From NCBI GenBank assembly GCA_900542425.1, contig UQNQ01000007.1, positions 4,119 through 68,118 of the forward strand: a stretch of DNA of 64,000 bases. The letters are read 5' to 3'. A program made the translations under genes and the position numbers. Source of the DNA: an uncultured Eubacteriales bacterium (GTDB lineage Bacteria > Bacillota > Clostridia > Oscillospirales > CAG-272). A model generated the notes under the pieces. It was given only the letters and a program-made list of their open reading frames with translations. It did not search any database and was not told the origin of the DNA. Below, one piece after another: positions 35,327 to 47,102 of this stretch (positions are counted from its first letter, which is position 1; each line of letters begins with the position of its first letter).

Positions 35327-35472
35327 CATAACCTCCAATGGACCGGGGCGAAAAAAGATTGCCGGCTCCAGTTTTCCGCGTATACTTTGGCAAGCTGTAA
35401 TAAGCCCCACGAATTTATTATGATATATATTGAGCGACTCTGCAAGTTTTGCAAGAGACGCTCAAGGGTTTT

Positions 35473-36558
35473 TTAATATCGATTGTTTTTGGATGTCAGA
35501 TAGCTTTTCACCATCAGTGCGACCTTGAAAGTGATCGCATTGTCAAATTCACGCAAATCAAGTCCCGTCAATTTTTTTATCTTATCCAAGCGGTAAACAA
35601 GGGTGTTTCGATGGACAAACATCTTCCGTGAGGTCTCCGAAACATTCAGGTTGTTTTCAAAGAAGCATTGGATCGTGGATAAAGTCTCTCTGTCAAGTGC
35701 TTCAATAGAACCCTTTTTGAATACCTCATTTAAAAACATTTCACACAAAGTAGTCGGGAGCTGATAAATCAAACGTCCGATCCCAAGATTTTCATAACTT
35801 ACAATATTTTTATCCGTATCAAATACACGTCCTACCTCAAGCGCCGCTTGTGCTTCTCTGTAGGATCTTGCAATATCCTTGATATTGTCTACCATACTGC
35901 CGATACCGATAGAAACTTTTGTATAAAATTCAGAAGCAAGTGTATCCGCTATGGTAACGGCGGTTTTTTCAATTTCCGAAATATCTGTTCCCGGTTTAAT
36001 TTCCCGCACCAAAACGATGTCTCGCTCTCCTGTACTGATCACATAATCCTGATTGGTATTCGGAAACATATTTTGGATGATATCATATGGGGAATTTTCT
36101 GTTCCGGAACCGAATTTCATCAGAAATACCACGCGAAGCACATCTGTGGCAAAATGCAGTTCCTTGCTTTTGACGTAAATATCTCCCGGAAGGATATTAT
36201 CAAGAATAATATTTTTAATGAAAGATACCTTGTCATATTTATCATCATGAAAGCTCTTAATATTATTGAGCGCAACAGCAAGAACCATCGACATTTTTTC
36301 CGCCATACTGTCCTCGCCTTCCACGAACACCGTATATTCGGGACGAATTCCACCTGTCATGGAACGATAGGTATAACCGGAAAAAATCACAGCATCGGTC
36401 GAATAAGCAAGTTCTTCTCTCACGGCCTGTCGTGTTTCTCCGATTTTCATAAGATCGCTGCATGCGACAATCACACCGTTTTCATCGACAACGCCGATTG
36501 TGCGACCGATCGCATCCTTCATTTGATGAATCAGTCCCTGAAACAACCTGTTCGACAT
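35473..36558 (-). CDS. PucR/CdaR-family transcriptional regulator
   Basis: C-terminal HTH ETSRKMFVHRNTLVYRLDKIKKLTGLDLREFDNA. Confidence 0.8.
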   Translation of the reverse strand: MSNRLFQGLIHQMKDAIGRTIGVVDENGVIVACSDLMKIGETRQAVREELAYSTDAVIFSGYTYRSMTGGIRPEYTVFVEGEDSMAEKMSMVLAVALNNIKSFHDDKYDKVSFIKNIILDNILPGDIYVKSKELHFATDVLRVVFLMKFGSGTENSPYDIIQNMFPNTNQDYVISTGERDIVLVREIKPGTDISEIEKTAVTIADTLASEFYTKVSIGIGSMVDNIKDIARSYREAQAALEVGRVFDTDKNIVSYENLGIGRLIYQLPTTLCEMFLNEVFKKGSIEALDRETLSTIQCFFENNLNVSETSRKMFVHRNTLVYRLDKIKKLTGLDLREFDNAITFKVALMVKSYLTSKNNRY

Positions 36559-36579
36559 TTTTATATCCCCTTTACCGTA

Positions 36580-36637
36580 AAATTATGAGTTAAAATATGT
36601 GATTCAAGAATCTGATACATATTTTAACTCATAATTT
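36580..36637. repeat. Perfect 20-bp inverted repeat upstream of the PucR-family gene
   Basis: AAATTATGAGTTAAAATATG(36580-36599)/CATATTTTAACTCATAATTT(36618-36637), with an 18-nt spacer that contains GATTC..GAATC. Confidence 0.6.
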
Positions 36638-36675
36638 GTAGAAATTCAATAGTTTTTTCGTAAAATTATATAAAT

Positions 36676-37452
36676 TTAGATAAGTCTTATCGTGCAAACT
36701 ATACCAATGATTATATACAAAGCCAAAAGGGATACCATGATATACAAAAAGGCTTCCGGAACAAAAAGCAAGATGAGTCCCGCCGCAATGAAAAATACAC
36801 ACAAAATAAGAGTAAGAATTCCAGCAAATTTACTCGGCAGACGATAAATTTCACGTCCCGACATCTTTACACTTCCGTTTTTGGACATAAGGGAACAAAC
36901 AAGCAGAATGATAACAGCAGCCGGAATCAGAAAAATTAAAATCTTAGCGGCAATAGCAATGGCATTCTCAAGCCAATTGTAAGTCGTCGCATGCACATAG
37001 TATAACAGTGCGGCACATACAAAAGTAAGCACGGAAATATTTTTGAATTCTCTTTTAAAAATATTATAAATAACAGCAAAAATCGAAATTCCGGCAAATG
37101 CAACTTGATATTTGACGTTTGCGTTATTAAAGACCGGATAAGTCACCAGCATCAAAAAAACCGGAATCAAAAAGTATGCAACCCCGACACTTGTGAAAAC
37201 CTTACCGCTTTCGTCGATTTTCCGAACACATCGAATATAAATCGGCCATGCAATCGAAAGGATAAGGAGTACCAACGCACCCCATATGCCGCCCTGCAGA
37301 AGAAAGCTGATCAATTTGCTTTCATTGAGCAGTCTAAGTCCCGCAAATCCGATGATGGCAGCACCAAATATGGCAAATAAACGGTAAAGCTGAACATCCT
37401 CCCGCGGCAACGCCGTATTGTTTTGTGTTTTCTTGATATTTTTGTCAGTCAT
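36676..37452 (-). CDS. Polytopic membrane protein of unknown function
   Basis: 258 aa with about 7 hydrophobic helices. Confidence 0.6.
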   Translation of the reverse strand: MTDKNIKKTQNNTALPREDVQLYRLFAIFGAAIIGFAGLRLLNESKLISFLLQGGIWGALVLLILSIAWPIYIRCVRKIDESGKVFTSVGVAYFLIPVFLMLVTYPVFNNANVKYQVAFAGISIFAVIYNIFKREFKNISVLTFVCAALLYYVHATTYNWLENAIAIAAKILIFLIPAAVIILLVCSLMSKNGSVKMSGREIYRLPSKFAGILTLILCVFFIAAGLILLFVPEAFLYIMVSLLALYIIIGIVCTIRLI

Positions 37453-37546
37453 GTTGTGTTCCTATCTCGGCGGTATATTTTTCATCCTATAAGCCCGATT
37501 GAAAGGCTTTTGTCTGACCGCCGTCAAACAAAGAATCCTTATTTTT

Positions 37547-38293
37547 CTATATTGGTTTTTCAAAGACATATGCAAGACAGGAAAGCACGAAACCGGACGC
37601 CGTTTCACATCTTAAAATTCGCTCGCCGAACTTTACGGATGTAACACCGACCGTTCTCGCTTCTGCAATTTCATGTTCTGCATATCCTCCCTCCGGTCCG
37701 ACAAAAAAGCTTAAGGTCTGCGGACAATGACCGGAAAAGGAATCTAAATATCTTTGAAGAGACATATTCTCTTCATTTTCATAGCATATAAAAGCATTTT
37801 CGGACTTTACCCCAAAAAGAGCATCGGAAAAACGTACCGGTGCAAAAACCCTCGGGATGATCCCACGTCCGCATTGCTTTGCAGCTTCTCCCGCAATCCG
37901 ATTGAGTCTTGTTATGCGTTTGTCATCATTTCCCGCTCCCGGCTTTGTAATACAGCGTTCAGAATAAACCGGAATGATTTCGGATACACCAAGCTCAACA
38001 GCCTTTTGGACAATATAATCAAATTTCTCTCCCCCTTTGGGGATCGATTGATATAAGCGTATATACACAGGTGATTCCGTCCGAGTTGGAGAGGAAGACA
38101 CAATCCGAACCGAAACGGTTTTTCCGTCCATTCTGTAAATCTCACAGTCATAATCCATTCCGCGTCCATTGCAAACTGTTATATGCTCGCCCTCACGCAT
38201 TCGAAGCGAATAGGAAATATGATGCGCATCATCGCCGCAGATTTCAAAAAAGCCAAGGCTATCATCTCCGGATAAAAGGAAAAATCTCGGCAT
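37547..38293 (-). CDS. rsmE: 16S rRNA (uracil1498-N3)-methyltransferase
   Basis: Start at MPRFFL. GDDAHHISYSLRMREGE and C-terminal FFVGPEGG..RILRCETA. Confidence 0.85.
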   Translation of the reverse strand: MPRFFLLSGDDSLGFFEICGDDAHHISYSLRMREGEHITVCNGRGMDYDCEIYRMDGKTVSVRIVSSSPTRTESPVYIRLYQSIPKGGEKFDYIVQKAVELGVSEIIPVYSERCITKPGAGNDDKRITRLNRIAGEAAKQCGRGIIPRVFAPVRFSDALFGVKSENAFICYENEENMSLQRYLDSFSGHCPQTLSFFVGPEGGYAEHEIAEARTVGVTSVKFGERILRCETASGFVLSCLAYVFEKPI

Positions 38294-38446
38294 CCGACAT
38301 CCTCCACATAGTCCCCCGTCTTCGGCACAAATAGAAACGGGATATATAATCAACTCACATATCCCGCCTGTTTCTTTTTTTATTATATACCAAAAAGTAA
38401 TTTTTGTAAAGAATTTTGAAAAAAATTTACACAATTTTTTACGAAA

Positions 38447-39367
38447 TTATGCTTTCGCATAAATTCCGGCATACCATCCGTTTTCTTTTTTACAGTCAAC
38501 ACAGGTAAATCCGTATTTTTTCATCTCCGCATCCACCTCTGCCGTTCTCTGCTCGATAATTCCGGAAACAATCCAATACCCTCCCTGTCTAATAAAGGCT
38601 CCGATATCGGGCGCCAGACGGATAATCACATCCGCAACGATATTGGCTGTTACAATATCAAAAGCTTTACCGTCCGGCATTTTTACCTCCGATAACAAAT
38701 CGGAGACAAAGCAATGGATGCTACAACCGTTGCGCGCGGCATTTTCCTCTTCCGTTCTTACTGCAATCGGATCAATGTCGCATGCCGAGCATGACGATGC
38801 GCCAAGTTTGATACCGCAGATTGCCAGGATCCCGCTTCCGCTTCCGACATCCAGCATCCGATCTCCCGGTCTTAAATATTCCTCCAAAAGCTCCGCGCAA
38901 AGCCGCGTCGTCTCGTGAGTACCGGTTCCGAATGCCATACCGGGATCCATCACAAGAATGATTTCGTCCGGTTTTGCTTCGTAAGTTTCCCAGCTTGGTA
39001 CAACAACAAGTTTTTTTCCGATATGCGTCGGCTTATAATACTTTTTCCATGCGGTTGACCATTCTTCCTCGTCTGTCCTTACGATATCAACAGATGCTTG
39101 AATTTTATTTTCTGCAAGCATGGAATTGATATAAGAAACCGCTTCTCCCACACTTTTGTCTTCCGGCACATAGATGCTGCAGGAAGCAATGTTTTTATCG
39201 CTGTTCAGAATGGATTCATCAATCAAATCCCCATAAACAGTGGCAAGTCCCGTCTCAATATCGCTGTAATCTTCAATCATGACGGAAGAATCAAGCATAG
39301 ACATGACAGCGCAGACCGTATCCAAATCCGCCGCGCCGCATGTAACCTTTATCTGCGTCCACGTCAT
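38447..39367 (-). CDS. prmA: Ribosomal protein L11 methyltransferase
   Basis: MDPGMAFGTGTHETT and DVGSGSGILAI. Confidence 0.9.
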   Translation of the reverse strand: MTWTQIKVTCGAADLDTVCAVMSMLDSSVMIEDYSDIETGLATVYGDLIDESILNSDKNIASCSIYVPEDKSVGEAVSYINSMLAENKIQASVDIVRTDEEEWSTAWKKYYKPTHIGKKLVVVPSWETYEAKPDEIILVMDPGMAFGTGTHETTRLCAELLEEYLRPGDRMLDVGSGSGILAICGIKLGASSCSACDIDPIAVRTEEENAARNGCSIHCFVSDLLSEVKMPDGKAFDIVTANIVADVIIRLAPDIGAFIRQGGYWIVSGIIEQRTAEVDAEMKKYGFTCVDCKKENGWYAGIYAKA

Positions 39368-40494
39368 CAGCCTTTATCCTTTCCGAATATCTTTGAAAAA
39401 AACTTTTCTTTTTTGGAATAATTGGATTTTCCGCATGCATTCGCAAATTCCCTTAAAGCATCCTTCTGCGCCTCATTCATTCCCTTCGGAACTTCAACCG
39501 TTACCTTGAAGAGAATATCCCCTCTTCCTTTTCCGTTAATATACGGGATTCCTTTTCCTTTAATTACGAATGTAGTTCCCGTCTGGGTCCCCTCCGGAAT
39601 GGTATAGGTAGTATCGCCCTCAAGCGTTGGAATTCTGATTTCAGCGCCAAGCGCTGCTTCCGGAAATGTAATCGGAACTTCGCAGTAAAGATTGAATCCG
39701 TCACGTGTAAAGACCGAATGTGCGCGAACCTGCACCGCAATGTAAAGATCTCCTGACGGACCTCCGTTCTTTCCGCAATTTCCCATACCGCGGAGTGTCA
39801 CACGCTGTCCGTTATCAATTCCCGCGGGAATGGATACCTCCAATGTTTTTGTCACGTTGACAAGTCCCGTACCGCGGCAGGTTTTACATGGATTGGCAAT
39901 GGTTTGTCCCGCACCGCCGCACGCATCACATGTTTTCGTAGTTTGAAACACGCCGAGCGGAGTTCTCTGCTGCACTTTAATCTGACCGGTTCCTCCGCAT
40001 TTGGAGCAAACCTTCGGAGAAGTACCGGCAGCACATCCGGTACCACCGCAATCCGAGCATTTTTCCACTCTTGAATATTTAATTTCTTTTTTACAACCGA
40101 AAGCCGCTTCATCAAAAGAAATAAAAATACGCTGCAGCAAATCGTCCCCGCGAGAAGGACCATTGCGAGTGCGACGGCTGCCTCCTCCTCCGAAAAATCC
40201 CTCAAAAATATCACTGATATCAAAGCCCTCGCCTGAAAATCCAAAGCCTCCGAATCCATCGAAACCGGCGCCGCCTTCAGCCGCTTCCGGACCGAATCTG
40301 TCATATTTTGCCTTTTTATCGGGGTCTGACAGCACCGCATATGCTTGATTGACTTCCTTAAACTTTTCCTCGGCTTCCTTATCCCCCGGATTCATATCCG
40401 GATGGTACTTCTTCGCAAGCGTCCTGTATGCTTTTTTTATTTCATCGTCCGAGGCATTTTTGGAAACGCCGAGGACTTCATAATAATCTCTCAT
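39367..40494 (-). CDS. dnaJ: Molecular chaperone DnaJ
   Basis: J domain with KYHPD, a G/F region, and four CxxCxGxG zinc motifs. Confidence 0.95.
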   Translation of the reverse strand: MRDYYEVLGVSKNASDDEIKKAYRTLAKKYHPDMNPGDKEAEEKFKEVNQAYAVLSDPDKKAKYDRFGPEAAEGGAGFDGFGGFGFSGEGFDISDIFEGFFGGGGSRRTRNGPSRGDDLLQRIFISFDEAAFGCKKEIKYSRVEKCSDCGGTGCAAGTSPKVCSKCGGTGQIKVQQRTPLGVFQTTKTCDACGGAGQTIANPCKTCRGTGLVNVTKTLEVSIPAGIDNGQRVTLRGMGNCGKNGGPSGDLYIAVQVRAHSVFTRDGFNLYCEVPITFPEAALGAEIRIPTLEGDTTYTIPEGTQTGTTFVIKGKGIPYINGKGRGDILFKVTVEVPKGMNEAQKDALREFANACGKSNYSKKEKFFSKIFGKDKG

Positions 40495-40516
40495 ATTCTA
40501 TGCCCGTCCTAACCCT

Positions 40517-40547
40517 GTTAAGGGCGAACGCAAAGTCCGCCCTTAAC
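40517..40547 (-). other. dnaK-dnaJ intergenic hairpin
   Basis: GTTAAGGGCG/CGCCCTTAAC 10-bp stem with no U-tract. Confidence 0.45.
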
Positions 40548-40560
40548 AACCATCATTCTA

Positions 40561-42387
40561 TTATTTTTCGGTATAATCCGCGTTGAAGCTGCCGTCCTCA
40601 TTTTGAGTACCCGCTTCTCCCGTATTGCCGCCGTCAGTACCGGTATTGCCGGAAGCTTTATAGAGTTTTTCCGAAATTTCAAAGAATTTCTTCTGGAATG
40701 TTTCAAGTCCGCTCTTAATGGTATCGACATTGTCTGATTTCACGGCTTCTTTCAGGCTGTCCGCCTCAGCGCGCAGTGCCTGTTTGTCATCCTCAGAAAT
40801 CTTGTCGCCGGCTTCTGAAATCACTTTTTCACTCTGGCTGATCATAGATTCCGCCTGATTCTTCGCATCAACAAGTTCTTTGAATTTCTTATCTTCCTCT
40901 GCAAACTTCTCCGCTTCTTTCACCGCTTTTTCGATGTCCTCCTTGCTCATATTTGTTGAGGAGGTAATGGTAACATGCTGCTCCTTGCCGGTTCCTTTAT
41001 CAAGTGCCGTAACATTTACGATACCATTGGCATCGATATCAAACGTAACCTCAATCTGAGGCACACCGCGGGGTGCCGCCGGAATTCCGTCGAGTGAGAA
41101 GCGACCAAGTGTCGTATTGTCCGCAGCGCGTTCACGTTCACCCTGAAGAACATGAATTTCCACTGACGTCTGTCCGTCTGCCGCGGTCGAGAAAATTTGA
41201 GATTTTTTAACAGGAATCGTCGTGTTACGTTCAATAATTTTGGTGCAAACTCCGCCAAGCGTTTCAATTCCAAGGGACAGAGGCGTTACATCAAGCAAAA
41301 GCAGGTCTTTTACCTCACCGCCAAGCACACCGGCCTGAATTGCCGCACCGATAGCAACGCACTCATCCGGATTGATTCCCTTGAACGGTTCCTTTCCGCT
41401 GAACTTTTTGACGGCTTCCTGAACCGCAGGAATTCTTGTCGATCCGCCGACAAGAAGAACCTTATCAATTTGAGAAATGGAAAGGCCTGCGTCTTTAAGC
41501 GCCTGCTGGCACGGTCCCATGCATTTGTCTACAAGGTCCGCTGTCAGTTCATTGAATTTCGCTCTGGAAAGATCCGCGTTGAAATGCTTCGGACCTGTCG
41601 CATCCGCTGTAATAAACGGAAGATTGATATTGGCGCTCGCCATACCAGAAAGCTCGATTTTCGCTTTTTCCGCCGCTTCTTTCAATCTCTGGAGAGCCAT
41701 TTTATCTTTGCGCAGATCAATACCGCCGTTTTCTTTCATAAAGGTTTCTGCGATCCAGTCGATGACACGATTATCAAAATCATCACCGCCGAGCCGCGTA
41801 TTGCCGTTAGTGGCGAGAACTTCAAACACGCCGTCTGAAATTTCAAGAATGGATACATCAAACGTACCGCCGCCAAGGTCAAAGATCATAACCTTTTGGT
41901 TAACGCCGTCCTTATCGATACCGTAAGCAAGCGCTGCCGCCGTCGGCTCGTTGATAATTCTGAGCACTTCAAGTCCGGCAATTTTTCCGGCATCCTTTGT
42001 TGCCTGTCTCTGCGAATCCGAGAAATAAGCCGGTACCGTAATAACCGCTTGCGTAATTGTCGTTCCGAGATAGCTTTCCGCATCGGCTTTCAGCTTCTGA
42101 AGAATCATAGCCGAAATTTCCTGCGGCGTATACTTTTTGCCATCAATTTCAACTTTATAATCCGTACCCATATGACGCTTAATGCTCATAACGGTTCTTT
42201 CCGGATTGGTAATTGCTTGTCTTTTTGCGATCTGACCGATCATACGCTCGCCGTCTTTGGAAAAAGCGACGACGGAAGGCGTGGTTCTGGAACCCTCCGG
42301 ATTGGTGATAACGGTAGGCTCTCCGCCTTCATATACCGCCACACAAGAATTTGTTGTACCAAGGTCAATGCCTATAATTTTTCCCAT
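40561..42387 (-). CDS. dnaK: Molecular chaperone DnaK (Hsp70)
   Basis: [17 protein letters not shown] and [11 protein letters not shown] signatures. Confidence 0.97.
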   Translation of the reverse strand: MGKIIGIDLGTTNSCVAVYEGGEPTVITNPEGSRTTPSVVAFSKDGERMIGQIAKRQAITNPERTVMSIKRHMGTDYKVEIDGKKYTPQEISAMILQKLKADAESYLGTTITQAVITVPAYFSDSQRQATKDAGKIAGLEVLRIINEPTAAALAYGIDKDGVNQKVMIFDLGGGTFDVSILEISDGVFEVLATNGNTRLGGDDFDNRVIDWIAETFMKENGGIDLRKDKMALQRLKEAAEKAKIELSGMASANINLPFITADATGPKHFNADLSRAKFNELTADLVDKCMGPCQQALKDAGLSISQIDKVLLVGGSTRIPAVQEAVKKFSGKEPFKGINPDECVAIGAAIQAGVLGGEVKDLLLLDVTPLSLGIETLGGVCTKIIERNTTIPVKKSQIFSTAADGQTSVEIHVLQGERERAADNTTLGRFSLDGIPAAPRGVPQIEVTFDIDANGIVNVTALDKGTGKEQHVTITSSTNMSKEDIEKAVKEAEKFAEEDKKFKELVDAKNQAESMISQSEKVISEAGDKISEDDKQALRAEADSLKEAVKSDNVDTIKSGLETFQKKFFEISEKLYKASGNTGTDGGNTGEAGTQNEDGSFNADYTEK

Positions 42388-42457
42388 AATCTATTTCCTC
42401 CGTAAAGTAAAAATTCTATATATTTCAACAGGTAATATATATTCAGTATTTTTAAAA

Positions 42458-42994
42458 TTATTTCGCGACTTTCACCATCGCATGCCGAATGATTTTTTCG
42501 CCTTTGCTGTATCCTTTCTGTAATACTTCGGCGATCTTATTTTCTCCCAGCTCTTCATCTTCCGTCTGCATAATGGCATTGTGAATTTTCGGATCAAATT
42601 CATCGCCTCTTGCCCCGAACGATTCCACGCCAAGTCTTTTTAAAGCATCCTCAAATTGACGAAGCGTCATTTTAACGCCTTCCGTCATCGTTTCGCCCTC
42701 AGAAAAGGCAAGCGCGCGTTCCAAATTATCCATCACCGGCAAAATCGCGGACAATGCATCGCTGTAAGCGTCTGCATATACAGATTCTCTTTCTTTGCCG
42801 CTTCGCTTACGGAAATTGTCATATTCCGCAATCATACGCAAGTACTTATCATTCAAAGCAGCAAGATCCGCTTTGGTTTTTTCCAGCTCTTCGGAAAGCT
42901 TTGCAAGCTCCTTTTTCTCCGCTTTTGTTGTTTTTTCCTCCTCAGGGTTCACCGGTGTTTCTTTATTTTCCTCATTTACTGTTTTTTCATCCAT
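42458..42994 (-). CDS. grpE: Nucleotide exchange factor GrpE
   Basis: YLRMIAEYDNFRKR and the C-terminal beta domain GY..GEKIIRHAMVKV. Confidence 0.9.
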   Translation of the reverse strand: MDEKTVNEENKETPVNPEEEKTTKAEKKELAKLSEELEKTKADLAALNDKYLRMIAEYDNFRKRSGKERESVYADAYSDALSAILPVMDNLERALAFSEGETMTEGVKMTLRQFEDALKRLGVESFGARGDEFDPKIHNAIMQTEDEELGENKIAEVLQKGYSKGEKIIRHAMVKVAK

Positions 42995-43011
42995 TTTCTA
43001 TTAACTCCTTT

Positions 43012-44085
43012 CTATTCCGTGTCGTCTGCTTCCTCAAGAAGTCCTGTCACTCGTTCGCCCGATAAACTTTCCGAAAGATATTCAACCGTCGAAATGACTT
43101 TGGAATAATCCATTCGGCTCGGTCCGAACACGCCGATGGCTCCCACTGGCTTTCCTCCCACCTTAATGGTTTTAAAAACAAACGCAGAATGGTCAACAAG
43201 TTCCTCATCCTTTCCGATAAAGATATTCACCTTATCGTCATCGGCATTCTCAATAATCTTCATCAAATCGTCTTTATTTTCAAACATGCTGATAATCTTC
43301 TTCATTTGTCCGACATCTGAAAATTCCGGATATTCAAGCAACTTATTGATACCCTCAAAATTGATATCCGCCTCATCCGATTTGCCGATCGTATCATAAA
43401 TCGCTTTGATAACCGGAGCAATCACCATACTCGCAGTGCCCATTTCCGTCTCTGCTTTCATAATCATCGGAAGTGTAACAGCACTTGATTGAATGTTTCG
43501 GAAATTGTCGTTGAGTACACCGCAAAGCTGACATAGGATTTCGTCGGTAACGGGAATTTCTGTCCGAATATGCCTCGTCGCGACATTGCCGTCTGACATA
43601 CGCATAACAAGCAAAAACGCCGTCGGCTCAAGAAGCATGTAGGAAAACTGCGATACCGTAAGAGAAGCGGTATGGGAAGATTTTACCGCAACCGTCGTAT
43701 AATTCGTCATAGAAGCAATCAGTTTCGATGCGCTTTTGAGGATCGAATCCAGCTCTCCCATTTTATTTTTGATAATATTATTTAAGGAAACAATCTCCGT
43801 CGCAGTAAGCTTATAGCTTTCCATCAGCGTATCAACATAGAAACGGTAACCAAGACTGGTCGGGATCCGTCCCGCCGATGTATGCGGCTGTTCAAGATAT
43901 CCCATATCCTCAAGCTCTGCCATTTCATTTCGGATTGTTGCCGACGAATACGGTATTTCCGAATTGGTCATCAAATACTTAGAGCCGATCGGTTCACCGG
44001 TTGAGATGTGTGATTCTATCACAGAACGCAAGATAAGCTTTTTCCTTTGGCTGAGGTTGCCTCCGACCGTAAGCTTATTATCCAT
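43012..44085 (-). CDS. hrcA: Heat-inducible transcription repressor HrcA
   Basis: N-terminal wHTH GEPIGSKYL...SSATIRNEMAELEDMGYLEQPHTSAGRIPT. Confidence 0.93.
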   Translation of the reverse strand: MDNKLTVGGNLSQRKKLILRSVIESHISTGEPIGSKYLMTNSEIPYSSATIRNEMAELEDMGYLEQPHTSAGRIPTSLGYRFYVDTLMESYKLTATEIVSLNNIIKNKMGELDSILKSASKLIASMTNYTTVAVKSSHTASLTVSQFSYMLLEPTAFLLVMRMSDGNVATRHIRTEIPVTDEILCQLCGVLNDNFRNIQSSAVTLPMIMKAETEMGTASMVIAPVIKAIYDTIGKSDEADINFEGINKLLEYPEFSDVGQMKKIISMFENKDDLMKIIENADDDKVNIFIGKDEELVDHSAFVFKTIKVGGKPVGAIGVFGPSRMDYSKVISTVEYLSESLSGERVTGLLEEADDTE

Positions 44086-44100
44086 TTTTTCACCTCATTT

Positions 44101-44127
44101 TTAGCACTCATTCATGTCAAGTGCTAA
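44101..44127. promoter_or_regulatory. CIRCE operator (HrcA binding site)
   Basis: TTAGCACTC-N9-AAGTGCTAA, with one mismatch to the consensus TTAGCACTC-N9-GAGTGCTAA, 16 nt upstream of the hrcA ATG. Confidence 0.85.
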
Positions 44128-44138
44128 ACTTTGATATA

Positions 44139-44167
44139 GTTTTACCACGATTACATCCATTTGTCAA
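44139..44167 (-). promoter_or_regulatory. Putative hrcA operon promoter
   Basis: Minus strand reads TTGACA(44167-44162)-17 nt-TAAAAC(44144-44139), directly upstream of CIRCE. Confidence 0.45.
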
Positions 44168-44319
44168 GAGCATTTCCCAATATTTTTATGAAATTTTTGT
44201 TAACTCCAACACTCAAATGCATCGGGTGCCAAAATTCGAGCGAATCCGCCTTCTTTTGAGACACATTTCCTGATAAAACACATCGGCGAAAAGCATGAAA
44301 ATCTTTATTATGATAATGC

Positions 44320-44350
44320 AAAAAAAAATAACAGGCTTTTGCCTGTTATT
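44320..44350 (-). terminator. Intrinsic terminator after tcdA
   Basis: AATAACAGGC-TTTT-GCCTGTTATT, followed by a U8 run on the minus strand. Confidence 0.7.
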
Positions 44351-44484
44351 GAAGTACGACCCTATTGGACCATACCTGAAAACATATAAAATTTTGACAA
44401 CGATATTATTATATCAGAAAATTTTCATTTGTCAATCTTTTTTCACATAAAATACATAAATTTGACGAAAAATCGAAATATTTT

Positions 44485-45213
44485 TCACTTTTTTTCTGTC
44501 AGCAACCGAACTGCTTCTGCTGCAAGCAACAGTCCCGCCGCAGACGGCACAAACGATATGCTGCCGGGAATCTGGCGCCTGCCATCTAAAGGACATGCTT
44601 TTTCTTCTTTGTAATCGGGATGAAGCTCCCTTGGTATCTCTTTAGAATACACCACCCGCATATGAACGATTCCCCGTTTCTTCAGCTCCGTACGCATCAC
44701 ACGTGCCAGAGGACAAACCGATGTTTTTGCAAGATCGGAGATTTCAAACATTTCCGGATGTAGCTTATTTCCCGCCCCCATTGCACTGACTACCGGAACG
44801 CCCAAAGCATTTGCCCGGACGGCAAGCTCAATTTTTGCCGACACAGTATCCACGGCATCGATGACAACATCATATGCCGACAGATCGACAGAATCCGCGT
44901 TTTCCGGCAGATAGAACAAGGACATGGCGGTAACTTCCGCCAAAGGATTGATATCGGCAATCCGTTCTTTCATTACCTCAGCCTTGTTTCTGCCGATCGT
45001 GGAACGAAGCGCGACCAACTGCCGATTGAGATTGGATTCCGAAACCGTATCGGGATCGACAAGACACAATTTGCCGATTCCGGCGCGCGCAAGTGCTTCT
45101 GCGCAGAAGGAGCCAACGCCGCCGACGCCAAACAGAATGACGCTCGAACGCTTCAGTCGCTCAACAGCCTCGTCTCCGAGAAGATAGGCGGTTCGTACAA
45201 ACTGCTCTTCCAT
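44485..45213 (-). CDS. tcdA: tRNA threonylcarbamoyladenosine dehydratase (ThiF/E1-like)
   Basis: ILFGVGGVGSFCAEALARAGIGKLCLVDPDTVSESNLNRQ. Confidence 0.8.
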   Translation of the reverse strand: MEEQFVRTAYLLGDEAVERLKRSSVILFGVGGVGSFCAEALARAGIGKLCLVDPDTVSESNLNRQLVALRSTIGRNKAEVMKERIADINPLAEVTAMSLFYLPENADSVDLSAYDVVIDAVDTVSAKIELAVRANALGVPVVSAMGAGNKLHPEMFEISDLAKTSVCPLARVMRTELKKRGIVHMRVVYSKEIPRELHPDYKEEKACPLDGRRQIPGSISFVPSAAGLLLAAEAVRLLTEKK

Positions 45214-45245
45214 TTTGCTCCTCCCACAAGTCTTAAGCTTTTGAC

Positions 45246-47102
45246 TTATTTGCCCTCTTTTTTGATCTTTCCGGCAAGTTTATAACGGAGATCGGCAGAC
45301 AGAATCCGTTTGCGCAGGCGAATGGATTTCGGCGTAACCTCAATCAGCTCGTCGTCGGCAATGAATTCAATTGCTTCTTCCAAACTCATCACCTTTGCGG
45401 GAATCAAACGGAGCGCTTCGTCCGCTCCCTTGGAACGAACCGCTGTCAGATGTTTTTCTTTGCAGACATTGACCGCGATATCCCCTTGCTTCGGATTTTC
45501 CCCGACGATCATGCCTTCATATACGGGACACTGATTGCTGATAAACATAATTCCTCTGTCCTGCGCGTTGAATACACCGTAAGAGGTGGATTCTCCTGCT
45601 TCGGAAGCAACCAAAGAACCGGTAAAACGTCTTGTAATTTCGCCTTTATAAGGCGCATAGGAATCAAATACCGAATTGATGATACCCTCTCCGCGGGTAT
45701 CCGTAAGAAATTCACTGCGATAGCCGAACAAACACCTTGTCGGGATCAAATATTCAATTCTTGTACGTGTTCCGTGTGACGAAGGATTCATGTTGACGAG
45801 TTCGCCTTTTCTCGCACCAAGTTTTTCCATCACGGAGCCGCAATATTCATTTGGCACATCGATGTCCACACGCTCAATCGGCTCGCAGAGCTTGCCGTCA
45901 ATTTCCTGATACAGCACGCGCGGCGTACTGACGCAAAGCTCATATCCTTCCCGGCGCATATTTTCAATCAAAATGGAAAGATGCATTTCCCCGCGTCCGG
46001 CTACCTTAAAGCTGTCCGTTGTTTCTCCGTCGGAAACCCGCAGAGAAACATCTTTCAGCAGCTCTTTATAAAGGCGTTCCCGAAGCTGGCGGGAGGTAAC
46101 AAACTTTCCTTCCTTGCCGGCAAATGGACTGTCATTGACAGAAAACGTCATTTCCATTGTCGGCTCACTGACCTTTACAAATTCCAAGGGTTCGACACAG
46201 TCCACTGCCGTGATAGTATCGCCAATAGAAATATCCTCCGCACCGGAAAAGCAAATAATATCTCCCATTTTTGCTTCCGTAACAGGAATTCGGCGAAGCC
46301 CATCAATCTGGCTGATGCTGACAATCTTAGTCTTTTTCGGGGCTTTGTCACGGTCATGGTAATTACAGATCATCGCCTCCTGATTCTGACGAATAACGCC
46401 ACGCTCAATCCGTCCGATTCCGATTCTGCCCACATAATCATTATAGTCGATAGAGGAAACGAGAAGCTGAAGCGGTGCATCAATCTCGCCTTCCGGTGCA
46501 GGAATATAATCGAGAATCGTATCGAAAAGCGGCTTCAAATCCTTTCCTTCCTCATATGGCGAGTAAGCAGCCGTGCCCGCTCTGCCAGAGCACCAAAGCA
46601 TCGGAGAATCCAACTGCTCGTCCGTCGCGTTCAATTCGAGCAAAAGCTCAAGGATTTCATCCCCTACCTCGTCAAGCCGCGCATCGGGGCGGTCTATTTT
46701 ATTGACGACAACAATCACACGATGATTCAGTTCCAATGCTTTTTTCAGGACAAACCGTGTTTGCGGCATAGGTCCCTCAGCAGCATCGACAAGCAAAATA
46801 ACACCGTTGACCATTTTCAGAATACGCTCCACTTCGCCGCCAAAATCCGCATGTCCGGGCGTATCGACAATATTGATTTTCACGCCGTTATAATGAACGG
46901 CGGTATTCTTGGCAAGGATAGTAATACCTCTTTCCCTTTCGATGGCGTTGGAGTCCATAACACGTTCCTCCGTCGTCTGATTTTCTCTGTATATACCACC
47001 CTGTTTGAGCATTTCATCCACAAGCGTCGTCTTGCCATGGTCTACGTGTGCAATAATGGCGACATTCCGCAAATCTTCTCTTTTCAAGTCTAACATCCTC
47101 AC
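45246..47102 (-). CDS. typA: Translational GTPase TypA/BipA
   Basis: [29 protein letters not shown] and NKIDR. Confidence 0.93.
   Translation of the reverse strand: MRMLDLKREDLRNVAIIAHVDHGKTTLVDEMLKQGGIYRENQTTEERVMDSNAIERERGITILAKNTAVHYNGVKINIVDTPGHADFGGEVERILKMVNGVILLVDAAEGPMPQTRFVLKKALELNHRVIVVVNKIDRPDARLDEVGDEILELLLELNATDEQLDSPMLWCSGRAGTAAYSPYEEGKDLKPLFDTILDYIPAPEGEIDAPLQLLVSSIDYNDYVGRIGIGRIERGVIRQNQEAMICNYHDRDKAPKKTKIVSISQIDGLRRIPVTEAKMGDIICFSGAEDISIGDTITAVDCVEPLEFVKVSEPTMEMTFSVNDSPFAGKEGKFVTSRQLRERLYKELLKDVSLRVSDGETTDSFKVAGRGEMHLSILIENMRREGYELCVSTPRVLYQEIDGKLCEPIERVDIDVPNEYCGSVMEKLGARKGELVNMNPSSHGTRTRIEYLIPTRCLFGYRSEFLTDTRGEGIINSVFDSYAPYKGEITRRFTGSLVASEAGESTSYGVFNAQDRGIMFISNQCPVYEGMIVGENPKQGDIAVNVCKEKHLTAVRSKGADEALRLIPAKVMSLEEAIEFIADDELIEVTPKSIRLRKRILSADLRYKLAGKIKKEGK

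Noticed and set aside
35848-36588. 246-aa + strand ORF
   Set aside because: It is the antisense shadow of the PucR-family regulator gene, with an implausible Cys/Phe/His-rich composition.
41197-42405. Several 150-213-aa + strand ORFs inside dnaK
   Set aside because: They are antisense or alternative-frame artefacts of the highly conserved dnaK coding sequence.
45981-47093. 370-aa + strand ORF
   Set aside because: It is the antisense shadow of typA/bipA, which has unambiguous GTPase motifs on the minus strand.
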